Shown: positions 24,821-34,173 of the stretch, one piece after another
How the letters are laid out: every line of letters starts with the position of its first letter
How positions within the stretch are numbered: position 1 is the stretch's first letter
NCBI GenBank assembly: GCA_036279795.1
Contig: DASUIK010000143.1
Span: forward strand, 1-39,992
DNA: 39,992 nucleotides
From: Burkholderiaceae bacterium
Lineage (GTDB): Bacteria > Pseudomonadota > Gammaproteobacteria > Burkholderiales > Burkholderiaceae_C
Reading direction: 5' to 3'
The notes under the pieces: generated by a model
The model's database searches: none
What the model saw: only the letters and a program-made list of their open reading frames with translations
Told to the model about the DNA's origin: nothing
Program-made: the position numbers and the translations under genes

Positions 24821-26956
24821 CTAACGCACAGGCGCATCACCGGCGAGGTCGTCGTCGATGCGTGTGTCGCCAAACAGTGATTGACGGAAGTCCGTGTGTG
24901 TGGGGCCGTCGTCGCTCATGGCCCACAGGAACAGACGGTTCGCGGCCATGGGTTTGGCGAACAGAAATCCCTGCAACTCGTTGCAGCCCAACTGGCGCAG
25001 GATGTCGCGCTGGATGTCGGTTTCCACTCCTTCTGCAACCACCTTGAGGCGCAGCGCCTGCCCCAGCTTCACCACGGCGTCCACCACCGCGCGGGCGTCG
25101 TTGCTGAACTCCAAGTCTTTCACGAAGGCGGCGTCGATCTTGAGCTCTTCGGCCGGCAACTGGCGCAGGTAGGACAGGCTGGAGTAGCCGGTACCGAAAT
25201 CGTCGATGGAAATGTGCACACCCACCTGTTCGAGCTTGTCAAAAAAGGCCTTGCTGCTGCTGTTGTTTTCCATGGCCACCGATTCGGTGATTTCGCAGGT
25301 CAGCAGCGTGGGGTTGACCTCGTGGCGCTTGAGGGCGGCATCGATGCGGTCGGCCAGGTCGTCTTGGCGCAACTGGTGTACCGACAGATTGATGGCCACG
25401 CGCATGCGCAGCCCGCCCTCGCGCCATTCGTGAATTTGCCGGCAAGCTGTGTCGATGACCCAGTCGCCGATGGCGCCGATCAGGCCAAAACGCTCGGCCA
25501 CCGGAATGAAGGCGCCCGGGCTGATGAGTCCCTTGCTGGGGTGGTTCCAGCGGATCAGCGCCTCCGCGCCCGTGATCTGACCACTCGGGGCGTGAATTTT
25601 GGGTTGGAAGTAGAGCTCCAGCTCGTTGTCCTCAATGGCGCGGCGGAGGTCGCGGAGCAGCTCCATTTGCTCGCGCGAGTCGTGCAGCATGTGCGGCTCG
25701 AAAAAGCAGTAGGTTCCGCCCCCGGCCGCCTTGGCCGCGTGGGTGGCGGCATCCGCATGGGCCACCAGCACGGCCGCCGCGCCGTCGTCGGGGCAAATGG
25801 CGACCCCCACGGACGCCTGCACCGGCAACTCGCGGCCCAGCACGTCCATGGGCTGGCCGATGGCTTTGAGCAGGTGGCGCGCACGCTCGGCCAGTGACTC
25901 GCGAGCGCGCGTGCCCGCAATGAGCAGCAGGAACTGGTCGGCCCCCCAGCGGGCCACAAATTCGTTGCCGACGGCGGCCTCTTGCAGGCGGCGGCCCACG
26001 TTGTTGAGCAGCCAGTCGCCGCTTTGGTGGCCAAAGGATTCGTTGATGGGTTTGAAGCCGTCGATGTCGATGAACAGCAGCGCCAGGCCCGTGCCGTCCC
26101 GATCGCTGGCGATGGCCAGGTCCTTCAGTCGTTGCTCGAAGGCCTGTCGGTTGGGCAAACGCGTGAGCGGGTCGGTCAGCGATTCGCGCGCCACATCTCC
26201 ACGCGCCTGCACCAGGGAGGCGCGCATGGCGGCGTCACGGCGGGCCACCACCAGGGTCATGAGCAGCAGGATGAGCGTCCCCAAACGGGCCAGCAAGCCC
26301 AAGGAGCTGAGGGCGAGGCCGCCGGCAGCCTCCGACGACGATAGGCCGGAGGGGGAGAGCGCGTTCAGCAGCTCCGCGTCGCCCAACCACAGGCCAGCGG
26401 CCAGAACCAGCGACGCCGACAGCCGCGCGGCGGTGTGCAGCCCCGGGGCACGGGGCTGCCAGGCCCCGAGCGCCAGCGCCAGCACAGCACACAAGCCCAC
26501 CCAGCCACCCACCCAGGCCATCTCGCCGAGCGGCCAGCGGGAGGTCAGCTCGAAACCCGCCGCGCGCAAGGCCAGTGATTCACCGCTGACCAGCGCTAGG
26601 CCCAACAGCAAGGCTCCGAGTCCCAGCCTCAGGGCCGGCAGACCCAAGACCACCGACGCCCAGATGCCGCCGGCGGCCACCGCCACGCCCAACAGCCAGG
26701 CGGCCAGCAGCAAGCCCGTGTGGTAGTGGACCACGGCGGCCAGGGGCAGGCCCATGAGCCCATTGATGTGCAGCGACCACACGCCGGAGCCAAAGGCCAG
26801 CGCCGCGCCGGCCAACCATTGCCAACGGTCGGCCTCCGCGCTGTGCAACGACTCGGCCAGCCGCGCCCTGCACTCCAGCGTGACGTGGGCGCACAAAAAA
26901 GCCAGCAAACCGGGAAAGAGCCAAGCCAGCAGGTCGGAAGGGGGCGCGGTGGGCAT
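24821..26956 (-). CDS. Membrane MHYT-like/GGDEF/EAL protein, likely c-di-GMP phosphodiesterase
   Basis: Hydrophobic N-terminus with GVWSLH; DPLTRLPNR with degenerate GADQF; intact EAL, DDFGTGYSSL and EGVE. Confidence 0.88.
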   Translation of the reverse strand: MPTAPPSDLLAWLFPGLLAFLCAHVTLECRARLAESLHSAEADRWQWLAGAALAFGSGVWSLHINGLMGLPLAAVVHYHTGLLLAAWLLGVAVAAGGIWASVVLGLPALRLGLGALLLGLALVSGESLALRAAGFELTSRWPLGEMAWVGGWVGLCAVLALALGAWQPRAPGLHTAARLSASLVLAAGLWLGDAELLNALSPSGLSSSEAAGGLALSSLGLLARLGTLILLLMTLVVARRDAAMRASLVQARGDVARESLTDPLTRLPNRQAFEQRLKDLAIASDRDGTGLALLFIDIDGFKPINESFGHQSGDWLLNNVGRRLQEAAVGNEFVARWGADQFLLLIAGTRARESLAERARHLLKAIGQPMDVLGRELPVQASVGVAICPDDGAAAVLVAHADAATHAAKAAGGGTYCFFEPHMLHDSREQMELLRDLRRAIEDNELELYFQPKIHAPSGQITGAEALIRWNHPSKGLISPGAFIPVAERFGLIGAIGDWVIDTACRQIHEWREGGLRMRVAINLSVHQLRQDDLADRIDAALKRHEVNPTLLTCEITESVAMENNSSSKAFFDKLEQVGVHISIDDFGTGYSSLSYLRQLPAEELKIDAAFVKDLEFSNDARAVVDAVVKLGQALRLKVVAEGVETDIQRDILRQLGCNELQGFLFAKPMAANRLFLWAMSDDGPTHTDFRQSLFGDTRIDDDLAGDAPVR

Positions 26957-26986
26957 GCACCCTCAGCATAACAATTTTTCACAATT

Positions 26987-27012
26987 CCACCTCCCCAAAG
27001 CTGGGGAGGTGG
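26987..27012. repeat. Perfect 11-bp inverted repeat (terminator- or REP-like hairpin)
   Basis: CCACCTCCCCA-AAGC-TGGGGAGGTGG between the hydratase stop and the MHYT gene; no clear U-tract. Confidence 0.55.
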
Positions 27013-27054
27013 GAGCAGCCTGTGGGCAGCGCGCGACAGCTGGCGCGCCCTGGC

Positions 27055-27960
27055 TCAGGCGGGCCGATCGCGCTCGTCCATGTCGCGCACCAGCGCGCGC
27101 GCCTCGTCGCCTTCGGGAATAGCACGCCCGCTGTCGCGCCACTGCACCGCAGCTTTGAAGCCTTCGGTCTGCGCATAGCGGCGAAACCACAGCCCCTCCG
27201 GGTTGTGGCGGGTGATGCCATCGAACACCGTGGCCATCATCTGCGTCTGCTCCAGGCCGGCGGTCAGCATGGTTTGGTTGACCACCATCTTGTGCATGGC
27301 CAGGTGGCCGCGTGGCACACCGGCCATGCGCTCGGCCAGCTTGAAGGTCTCGGCGTCCAGCTGCTCGGCTGGCACGGCCAGGTTGGCCAGGCCCCATTCC
27401 GCGGCTTGGCGGCCACTGAGCAGGTCGCCGGTAAACATAAGTTGCTTGGCCCGCGCCGGCCCCAGGCGAAAGCTCCACATGGCGGTGGTGGGGCAGCCCC
27501 ACACCCGGGTAGGCATGTAGCCGATGCGGGCGTCCTCTGCCATCACGAGCAGATCGCAACACAGGGCAATGTCGCTGCCGCCAGCCACGGCCGCGCCATG
27601 CACCTGGGCGATGGTGGGCTTGGGACTGCGCCACAGGCTCATGAAGTCTTCGGTGTTGCGCTTCATGTAGGCGTAGTCGACCATCGGGTCCCAGGGCGTC
27701 TTTTCCTGTTGGCAGGGGTGCTCGATATGGCTCTGGGCCGTGTCGGCCAGGTCGTAGCCGCCACAAAAGCCCTTGCCCGCGCCACTCACCACGATCACAT
27801 GTACCTCGTCGTCGGCGTTGGCCCATTCCACGGCAGCGCGGATGTCGCGCGGGGTGTCGTCGGTGATGGCGTTCAGCCGCTCGGGCCGGTTGAGCAGCAG
27901 GCGGGCGATGCGCGGATTGCGCGGGTCTTTGGTGATGGTGAGCGTCTTGAATTCGGGCAC
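27055..27960 (-). CDS. Crotonase/enoyl-CoA hydratase family protein
   Basis: [32 protein letters not shown] and WGLAN; GTG 27960 preceded by AGGAGA. Confidence 0.9.
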   Translation of the reverse strand: MPEFKTLTITKDPRNPRIARLLLNRPERLNAITDDTPRDIRAAVEWANADDEVHVIVVSGAGKGFCGGYDLADTAQSHIEHPCQQEKTPWDPMVDYAYMKRNTEDFMSLWRSPKPTIAQVHGAAVAGGSDIALCCDLLVMAEDARIGYMPTRVWGCPTTAMWSFRLGPARAKQLMFTGDLLSGRQAAEWGLANLAVPAEQLDAETFKLAERMAGVPRGHLAMHKMVVNQTMLTAGLEQTQMMATVFDGITRHNPEGLWFRRYAQTEGFKAAVQWRDSGRAIPEGDEARALVRDMDERDRPA

Positions 27961-28084
27961 GGTGTCTCCTGGTCGTTGTTCCAAAATCATAGGCATGCCC
28001 TTGTGATGTGGCAGGCCAACAGGCGACAGTGCCCGCAAAAACACCCCGCCCACTTAAAATCACGGGTTATCCCCCAGGTCCTAC

Positions 28085-30355
28085 ATGAACGCCCCCGTCG
28101 ACGTTTCCTTTTTCGCGCGCGCCGCCAAGCCCATCACCAGCTACCGCCCGTACTGGGCCAAACGCTTTGGCAACGCGCCTTTCCTGCCCATGAGCCGCGC
28201 CGAGATGGAGCGCCTGGGCTGGGATTCGTGCGACATCATTTTGGTCACGGGCGACGCCTACGTGGACCACCCGAGCTTCGGCATGGCGGTGGTGGGCCGG
28301 GTGCTGGAGGCGCAGGGTTTCCGCGTCGGCATCATTGCCCAGCCCGACTGGCAAAGTGCCGAACCCTTCAAGGCCCTCGGCAAGCCCAATCTGTTTTGGG
28401 GCGTGACGGCGGGGAACATGGATTCCATGATCAACCGCTACACGGCCGACCGCAAAATCCGCAGCGACGACGCCTACACCCCCGGCGATGTGGGCGGGAA
28501 ACGCCCTGACCGCGCCGCCATCGTGTACAGCCAGCGCTGCCGCGAGGCCTACAAGGATGTGCCCATCATTTTGGGTGGCATCGAAGGCAGCCTGCGCCGC
28601 ATCGCCCACTACGATTACTGGAGCGACAAGGTGCGCCGCTCCATCGTGGTGGACAGCAAGTGTGACTTGCTGCTCTACGGCAACGCCGAGCGCGCCCTGG
28701 TGGAGGTGGCCCATCGCCTGGCCGCCCGCGAGCCGGTGGAGGCCATCACCGACGTGCGCGGCACCGCTTTCGTGCGCCAGCACTCGACGGAAGGTTGGTT
28801 CGAAATCGACTCCACCGAGGTGGACCAGCCTGGACGCGTGGACGATCACATCAACCCCTACATGACCACCGCCGAACAGGCGCAGGCCAAGGGGCAGACC
28901 TGCGCGAAAGAGGAGGGCGAGGAACCGAACCCAGGCATACAACCCCTGGTCTTTCAGCCCCGGCACAAAACCCCGCGCGAGCGCACCGTCATCCGCCTGC
29001 CCAGCTACGAGCAGGTGAAAAGCGACAACGTGCTCTACGCCCATGCCAACCGTGTGCTGCACGTAGAGGCCAACCCAGGCAACGCGCGTGCCCTGGTGCA
29101 GGCCCATGGCGAAGGCACGACCGCGCGCGATGTGTGGATCAACCCGCCGCCCATTCCGCTGACCACGGCTGAGATGGACCACGTGTTCGACCTGCCCTAC
29201 GCCCGCAGCCCCCACCCGACCTACGCCGATGAACACGGCCGGCACGATGGTGCGACCAAGATCCCCGCCTGGGAGATGATCCGCTTCAGCGTGAACATCA
29301 TGCGTGGCTGTTTTGGCGGCTGCACCTTCTGCTCCATTACCGAGCACGAAGGCCGCATCATCCAGAGCCGCAGCGAAGAATCCATCATCAAAGAGGTGGA
29401 GGACATCCGCGACAAGGTCGAAGGCTTCACCGGCGTCATCTCCGACCTCGGCGGCCCCACCGCCAACATGTACCGCCTGGGTTGCAAGAGCCCCGAGATC
29501 GAGGCCGCCTGCCGCAAGCCCAGCTGCGTCTACCCCGGCATCTGCCAGAACCTCACCACCAACCACGACCCGCTGATCAAGATCTACCGCCGCGCGCGGG
29601 CGCTCAAGGGCATCAAGAAAATCCTGATCGGCTCCGGCCTGCGTTACGACCTGGCCGTCAAGAGCCCCGAGTATGTGAAGGAACTGGTGCAGCACCACGT
29701 CGGCGGCTACCTGAAAATCGCGCCCGAGCACACCGAAAGTGGGCCGCTCTCCAAGATGATGAAGCCCGGCATCGGCAGCTACGACAAGTTCAAGCAGCTG
29801 TTCGAGAAGTACAGCGAAGAGGCCGGCAAGAAGCAGTTCCTCATCCCTTACTTCATCGCGGCCCACCCTGGCACCAGCGACGAGGACATGATGAACTTGG
29901 CGCTGTGGCTCAAGCGCAATGGCTTCCGTGCCGACCAGGTGCAGACCTTCTACCCCAGCCCCATGGCCACCGCCACGGCCATGTACCACTCGGGCCTCAA
30001 CCCGCTCAAGGGCATACACCGCGACGACCGGGGCGAGAAGGTGGACATCGTGCGTGGCGAAAAACGCCGCCGTCTGCACAAGGCCTTTCTGCGCTACCAC
30101 GACCCCAACAACTGGCCACTGCTGCGTGAGGCCCTCAAGGCCATGGGCCGCGCCGACCTGATTGGCAACGGCAAACATCACCTCATCCCCACCTTCCAGC
30201 CACTCACCGATGGCAGTTACCAAAGTGCGCGGCGAAAGAATTCGACGCCTGGGGGGAAGGTCGCTGCGTCTGCGCCTGTGAAAGGCCGCGTGCTGACGCA
30301 GCACACGGGCTTGCCGCCGAGGGCGGGGGTGAAGGGCAAACCGAAAGGGCGGTAG
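28085..30355 (+). CDS. ygiQ: YgiQ-family (UPF0313) radical SAM protein
   Basis: [22 protein letters not shown], CxxxCxxC in [22 protein letters not shown] and PYFIAAHPG. Confidence 0.93.
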   Translation: MNAPVDVSFFARAAKPITSYRPYWAKRFGNAPFLPMSRAEMERLGWDSCDIILVTGDAYVDHPSFGMAVVGRVLEAQGFRVGIIAQPDWQSAEPFKALGKPNLFWGVTAGNMDSMINRYTADRKIRSDDAYTPGDVGGKRPDRAAIVYSQRCREAYKDVPIILGGIEGSLRRIAHYDYWSDKVRRSIVVDSKCDLLLYGNAERALVEVAHRLAAREPVEAITDVRGTAFVRQHSTEGWFEIDSTEVDQPGRVDDHINPYMTTAEQAQAKGQTCAKEEGEEPNPGIQPLVFQPRHKTPRERTVIRLPSYEQVKSDNVLYAHANRVLHVEANPGNARALVQAHGEGTTARDVWINPPPIPLTTAEMDHVFDLPYARSPHPTYADEHGRHDGATKIPAWEMIRFSVNIMRGCFGGCTFCSITEHEGRIIQSRSEESIIKEVEDIRDKVEGFTGVISDLGGPTANMYRLGCKSPEIEAACRKPSCVYPGICQNLTTNHDPLIKIYRRARALKGIKKILIGSGLRYDLAVKSPEYVKELVQHHVGGYLKIAPEHTESGPLSKMMKPGIGSYDKFKQLFEKYSEEAGKKQFLIPYFIAAHPGTSDEDMMNLALWLKRNGFRADQVQTFYPSPMATATAMYHSGLNPLKGIHRDDRGEKVDIVRGEKRRRLHKAFLRYHDPNNWPLLREALKAMGRADLIGNGKHHLIPTFQPLTDGSYQSARRKNSTPGGKVAASAPVKGRVLTQHTGLPPRAGVKGKPKGR

Positions 30356-30399
30356 CCGGCGCGAGAACTCGGTCGGCCAGCGCGCGGTGACGGGATGTG

Positions 30400-30810
30400 T
30401 CAGCGGGCGGTTTTGAGGGATTTCCCTGGACACATGGCGAGCATGGCGTCCACCACCTCACGCATCCGAAAGGGCAAGGACAAGGTCCGCTTCACATCCA
30501 GTTCGGCCAGTTGCTCGATCACGCGCCGTTCACCCGGGTGAACCAGCGCGACCACGGTGATGTTGGGAGGGCACTGCATCTGACCCATGCGGATCAAGGT
30601 CAGCAGTTCGATGCTGGCGCGGGGGTCTTCGATGGACATCAGGATGCCGTCAAACGAACGTTGCGTGAGCCAGCCCTGGGCTGTGCTCAATTGACTGGTC
30701 TGGTGAATCTGTGCCAAGTCAAGCTGTCGCGCCACAGAGGCGATGATGCTGCGCACCACGGAACTTGGCTCGATCAGCAGCAGCTGGTGACCACGTTCTG
30801 CACTGCTCAT
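30400..30810 (-). CDS. Single-domain atypical response-regulator receiver (pseudo-receiver)
   Basis: Receiver-like pattern LLIEPSSVVRSII...FDGILMS...VVAL...LSLPF; Ser at the phosphoacceptor position and Leu at the conserved Lys. Confidence 0.7.
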   Translation of the reverse strand: MSSAERGHQLLLIEPSSVVRSIIASVARQLDLAQIHQTSQLSTAQGWLTQRSFDGILMSIEDPRASIELLTLIRMGQMQCPPNITVVALVHPGERRVIEQLAELDVKRTLSLPFRMREVVDAMLAMCPGKSLKTAR

Positions 30811-30905
30811 TGGGGGCTCTCCCGGTTCATCAGCTCGTCCGTCACCAAGTCGCGCAACGCCGCCAACCGGTCGGGTTCATCGTGGGGGACGGGTGCGGGT
30901 AACAC
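30807..30905 (-). pseudogene. 32-aa ORF resembling an internally deleted GAF sensor gene
   Basis: GTG-started MLPAPVPHDEPDRLAALRDLVTDELMNRESPQ; its TGA overlaps the ATG of the receiver gene. Below the ORF-track length cutoff. Confidence 0.55.
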
Positions 30906-31003
30906 GTGTGTTAAATGTCAAGAATACTTGGGATTCTAGAGGTGGGGGCTCCCGGCTGGCTTACGAGGATGAACCCAACCATTGCGATGGCGCCCATTCG
31001 GCC

Positions 31004-31894
31004 TCAAGCCCTGCGCCGACCCTGCCAACCCCCTGCGGGCAACCGAACCAGGTTCAGCAAATTCGCAGCCAAGATCAGCGCGATGCCGAGCAGTGTGAAC
31101 AGGTCCAAGCCTTCCTTGTACATCAGCCAGCCCACCAGCGCCGTCAGGGGAACGCGCAGAAAGTCCATGGGCACCACCACGGTGGCGTCGGCGTGCTGCA
31201 TGGCGCGGGCAAAACAGTAGTGCGAGTAGGTGCCGCAGAAGGCAATCACCACCACCCAGCCCCAGACCTGTGCTGAAGGCCATTGCCACGCCAGCAGCGC
31301 GGGCACCAGTCCGATGGCGCTTTGCACCACCAGCATCCAAAAGCTGATGGTCACCGCCGCATCGGTGCGGGTGAGCGATTTCACCAGCACCACCGACACC
31401 GCAAAACCCAAGGCCGCCGCCAGCGCAATCATCTGACCGACGTTCACTTCGCCGCCGCTGGGCCGCACGATGACCGCCACACCCACCAGCCCCAACAGCA
31501 CAGCCACCCATTTGAGGCCGCTCATGCGCTCGCCCAGAAATAAGACAGCCAGTGCAGCCGACCAGATGGGCATGGTGAACTCGATGGACACCACATGCGC
31601 CAGCGGGATCATGGTGAGCGCCACGAACCAGCCGTACTGCGCGGCGTAGTGCACCGCATTGCGCGCGGTGTGCTGACGCAGCCGCGCGGTTTTGACGGCA
31701 GTCAAGCCACCGGCGGCGTGCACCAGCGGCCAGAGCATCGCCATGCCGATGACCGAGCGCATCAACATGATCTGGAAGACCGAGAGTTCGCGTGTGGCCT
31801 CGCGCCCGGCGACGGCGATCACCACCATCAGTGTCAGCCACCCGGCCATCCAGACGGCGGCGCGGGCAATGGAAGGGGCAGGGGAGCGTTGCAT
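31004..31894 (-). CDS. DMT/EamA-family transporter
   Basis: About ten hydrophobic segments, FTMPIW...FLGER and ADATVVVPMDFLRVP; ATG 31894 preferred, 31906 possible. Confidence 0.88.
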   Translation of the reverse strand: MQRSPAPSIARAAVWMAGWLTLMVVIAVAGREATRELSVFQIMLMRSVIGMAMLWPLVHAAGGLTAVKTARLRQHTARNAVHYAAQYGWFVALTMIPLAHVVSIEFTMPIWSAALAVLFLGERMSGLKWVAVLLGLVGVAVIVRPSGGEVNVGQMIALAAALGFAVSVVLVKSLTRTDAAVTISFWMLVVQSAIGLVPALLAWQWPSAQVWGWVVVIAFCGTYSHYCFARAMQHADATVVVPMDFLRVPLTALVGWLMYKEGLDLFTLLGIALILAANLLNLVRLPAGGWQGRRRA

Positions 31895-31952
31895 CCGGGT
31901 GAGCATAGCGGATGGGTCTCCGCGCGTTTTCCCTGCAAGGGGCGGGCGGTGC

Positions 31953-32891
31953 TCAGCTCACGCATTCCACCCGGTTGCGACCCTTCTGTTTGGCCGCGTA
32001 CAGCCGCTGGTCCACCGCCTGAATGAACGCGCTCGCCGTGCCGCCAGCCGCTGGCACGGTGGTGCCCACCCCCAGGCTGAGGGTGACACATTGCCGGTGG
32101 AGCGAGTCTTTGTGCGGGATGGCAAGTTTGTCGATCAGTCGCTGGCAGCGTTCGGCCACGCGGCGGGCGCCTTGGGCGTCGGTGTCGGGCAGCAGGATGA
32201 CAAACTCCTCGCCGCCGAAGCGGGCCACCACGTCGCGTGGGCCCACGGCGGCCAGAGTGAGCGTCTGGGCGATGTCGGTGAGGCAGCGGTCACCCTGCAG
32301 GTGGCCGTGCAGGTCGTTGTACTGTTTGAACAGGTCCACGTCGAGCAGGATGAGCGAGAGTGGCTGCTGGCTGGCGCGCGCTTGCTCCCATTCGCGCTCC
32401 AGGCTGGTGTCGAAGAGCCGGCGGTTGGCGATGCCTGTCAGGCCGTCTTTGAAGGACAGTGCTTCGAGTTCTTTCTGCAGCGCCTGCAGCTTCTCTTCCG
32501 TGCGTTTGCGCTCGCTGATGTCGAACATGAAGCCCACCAGCGATTCGACTTCGCCCTGTGCGTTGCGCACCACGTGCACCACATCGCGTATCCACACGTA
32601 GCCGTTGTCCTTGGTGAGTGCGCGGTAGTCGGCCTCGTGGTCAATGCCACATTGCGACTGCGAGACACAGAAGTTGACGACCTTTTCTCGGTCGTCCGGG
32701 TGCATGCGTTCGGCCCAGTCGTTCGCGCTCACCCAACTGGCCTGGCTCCAGCCCAGCAGCTGCTCGATCTGCGGACCGATGTAGGCGAAGGTCATCGTGG
32801 CCCAGTCGATCTTCCAGGGGATGGCTTTGGTGGATTCGAGCAGGGTTTTGTAGACGGCGCTGTCGCTGGTGAGGTCACTGTCGTCCGACAT
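31953..32891 (-). CDS. PAS-domain diguanylate cyclase
   Basis: PAS (MHPDD, GYVWIRD, DISERK), then DGLTGIANRR, DVDLFKQYND and RFGGEEF. Confidence 0.92.
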   Translation of the reverse strand: MSDDSDLTSDSAVYKTLLESTKAIPWKIDWATMTFAYIGPQIEQLLGWSQASWVSANDWAERMHPDDREKVVNFCVSQSQCGIDHEADYRALTKDNGYVWIRDVVHVVRNAQGEVESLVGFMFDISERKRTEEKLQALQKELEALSFKDGLTGIANRRLFDTSLEREWEQARASQQPLSLILLDVDLFKQYNDLHGHLQGDRCLTDIAQTLTLAAVGPRDVVARFGGEEFVILLPDTDAQGARRVAERCQRLIDKLAIPHKDSLHRQCVTLSLGVGTTVPAAGGTASAFIQAVDQRLYAAKQKGRNRVECVS

Positions 32892-32981
32892 GGGGAGCTT
32901 GTTTTTTGGGGAGGGCAAGAATGGCCGCCGTGCCACGGCCTTGCGCCGAATGATGACACAGTGGCGTGTCAGAATTCCCTC

Positions 32982-34061
32982 ATGCCACCTGTGATGCAAG
33001 CTTCCTTCGCCGCCCGCGCCCTGCTGCTGCTGTTGTTGTTGGCGGGCGTGTATTTCTTCCGTGGTTTTTTGGTGCCGGTGCTCGCCGCGCTCATCATCGG
33101 TTTTGCCAGTTGGCCCTTGTACGAGCGGTTGGTGCGGGCTTGCAAGGGCAACACCACCTGGTCGGCCAGCGTGGCCCTGGTGGTGGTGGTGGCGGTGCTG
33201 GTGGTGCCCTTGGGCTTGGCCCTGCACTACGCGGTGCGCGAGGCCATGGTGTTCGTGCGCTGGCTGGTCGAGGCCAACCGCTTTGGCGCGCCCGTTCCGG
33301 CCTGGATCGCGGCTCTGCCTTGGGTGGGCGAGGCGCTTGCCGAATACTGGGGCGAGAACTTCACCAAACCCCATGCCATAGGCGAGTGGGTACAGATCGT
33401 CAGCGGGCAGCACCTGGGCAACATCTCACGCACGCTGCTGGCGGCAGGTGGCGACGTGGCTTCGCTGCTGCTGCTGGTGCTGTTCATGCTCATCACGCTG
33501 TTCTTCGTCTACAAGGACGGCCTGCGCATGAGCGCGCAGCTGGACCGCGTGGGTGAGCACCTGTTGCCGGGGCGTTGGCAGCGGTTTTCGCGGGTGGTGC
33601 CCGCCACCGTGAGCGCCACCGTCACGGGCATGGGCCTGATTGCGCTGGGCGAGGGCGTGGTGCTGGGCGTGGCCTACTGGGTGGCGGGTGTGCCTTCGCC
33701 GGTGCTGCTGGGGGTGATCACGGGTTTCATGGCCATGATCCCGGGCGGCGCCCCGCTGTCGTTCACCCTCGTGTCGCTCTACCTCGTCGGCTCCGGCGAG
33801 GCCATCGCGGGCATCGCCTTGTTTGCTTGGGGAACCATCGAACTGTTCATCGTGGACAAGACCTTGCGCCCCCGTCTGGTGGGCGGCCCGATCAAGCTGC
33901 CTTTTTTGCCCACTTTTTTTGGTCTGGTGGGGGGCGTTACCACCATGGGGCTGGTGGGTTTGTTTGTGGGGCCCGTGCTGATGGCGCTGCTGGTGGGCAT
34001 CTGGCGCGAATGGGTGCTCAGCCTGCACCCTGCCGGTGAGACGCCACCGCCGCGCACCTGA
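32982..34061 (+). CDS. AI-2E family transporter
   Basis: Multi-TM protein with [22 protein letters not shown] and [10 protein letters not shown]. Confidence 0.88.
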   Translation: MPPVMQASFAARALLLLLLLAGVYFFRGFLVPVLAALIIGFASWPLYERLVRACKGNTTWSASVALVVVVAVLVVPLGLALHYAVREAMVFVRWLVEANRFGAPVPAWIAALPWVGEALAEYWGENFTKPHAIGEWVQIVSGQHLGNISRTLLAAGGDVASLLLLVLFMLITLFFVYKDGLRMSAQLDRVGEHLLPGRWQRFSRVVPATVSATVTGMGLIALGEGVVLGVAYWVAGVPSPVLLGVITGFMAMIPGGAPLSFTLVSLYLVGSGEAIAGIALFAWGTIELFIVDKTLRPRLVGGPIKLPFLPTFFGLVGGVTTMGLVGLFVGPVLMALLVGIWREWVLSLHPAGETPPPRT

Positions 34062-34173
34062 GGGTAATTGGGGAGGCGGGCGCGCCACAGTTGGCGCGGT
34101 GAGCCGCTGCAATTGTTTTACATTGACCGGCATCGACACCGGTGACCCGAATGTCCCGAACCAAGGAGGCCCC

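Noticed and set aside
28067-30433. 788-aa antisense ORF over ygiQ
   Set aside because: Same shadow-frame artefact; the plus-strand gene has full family motifs.
31953-33413. 486-aa extended version of the diguanylate cyclase
   Set aside because: The extension is antisense to AI-2E; PAS-like sequence begins near ATG 32891.
31692-34061. 789-aa ORF suggesting a long N-terminal fusion to the AI-2E transporter
   Set aside because: The upstream part is antisense to the DMT and PAS-GGDEF genes; the real start is near 32982.
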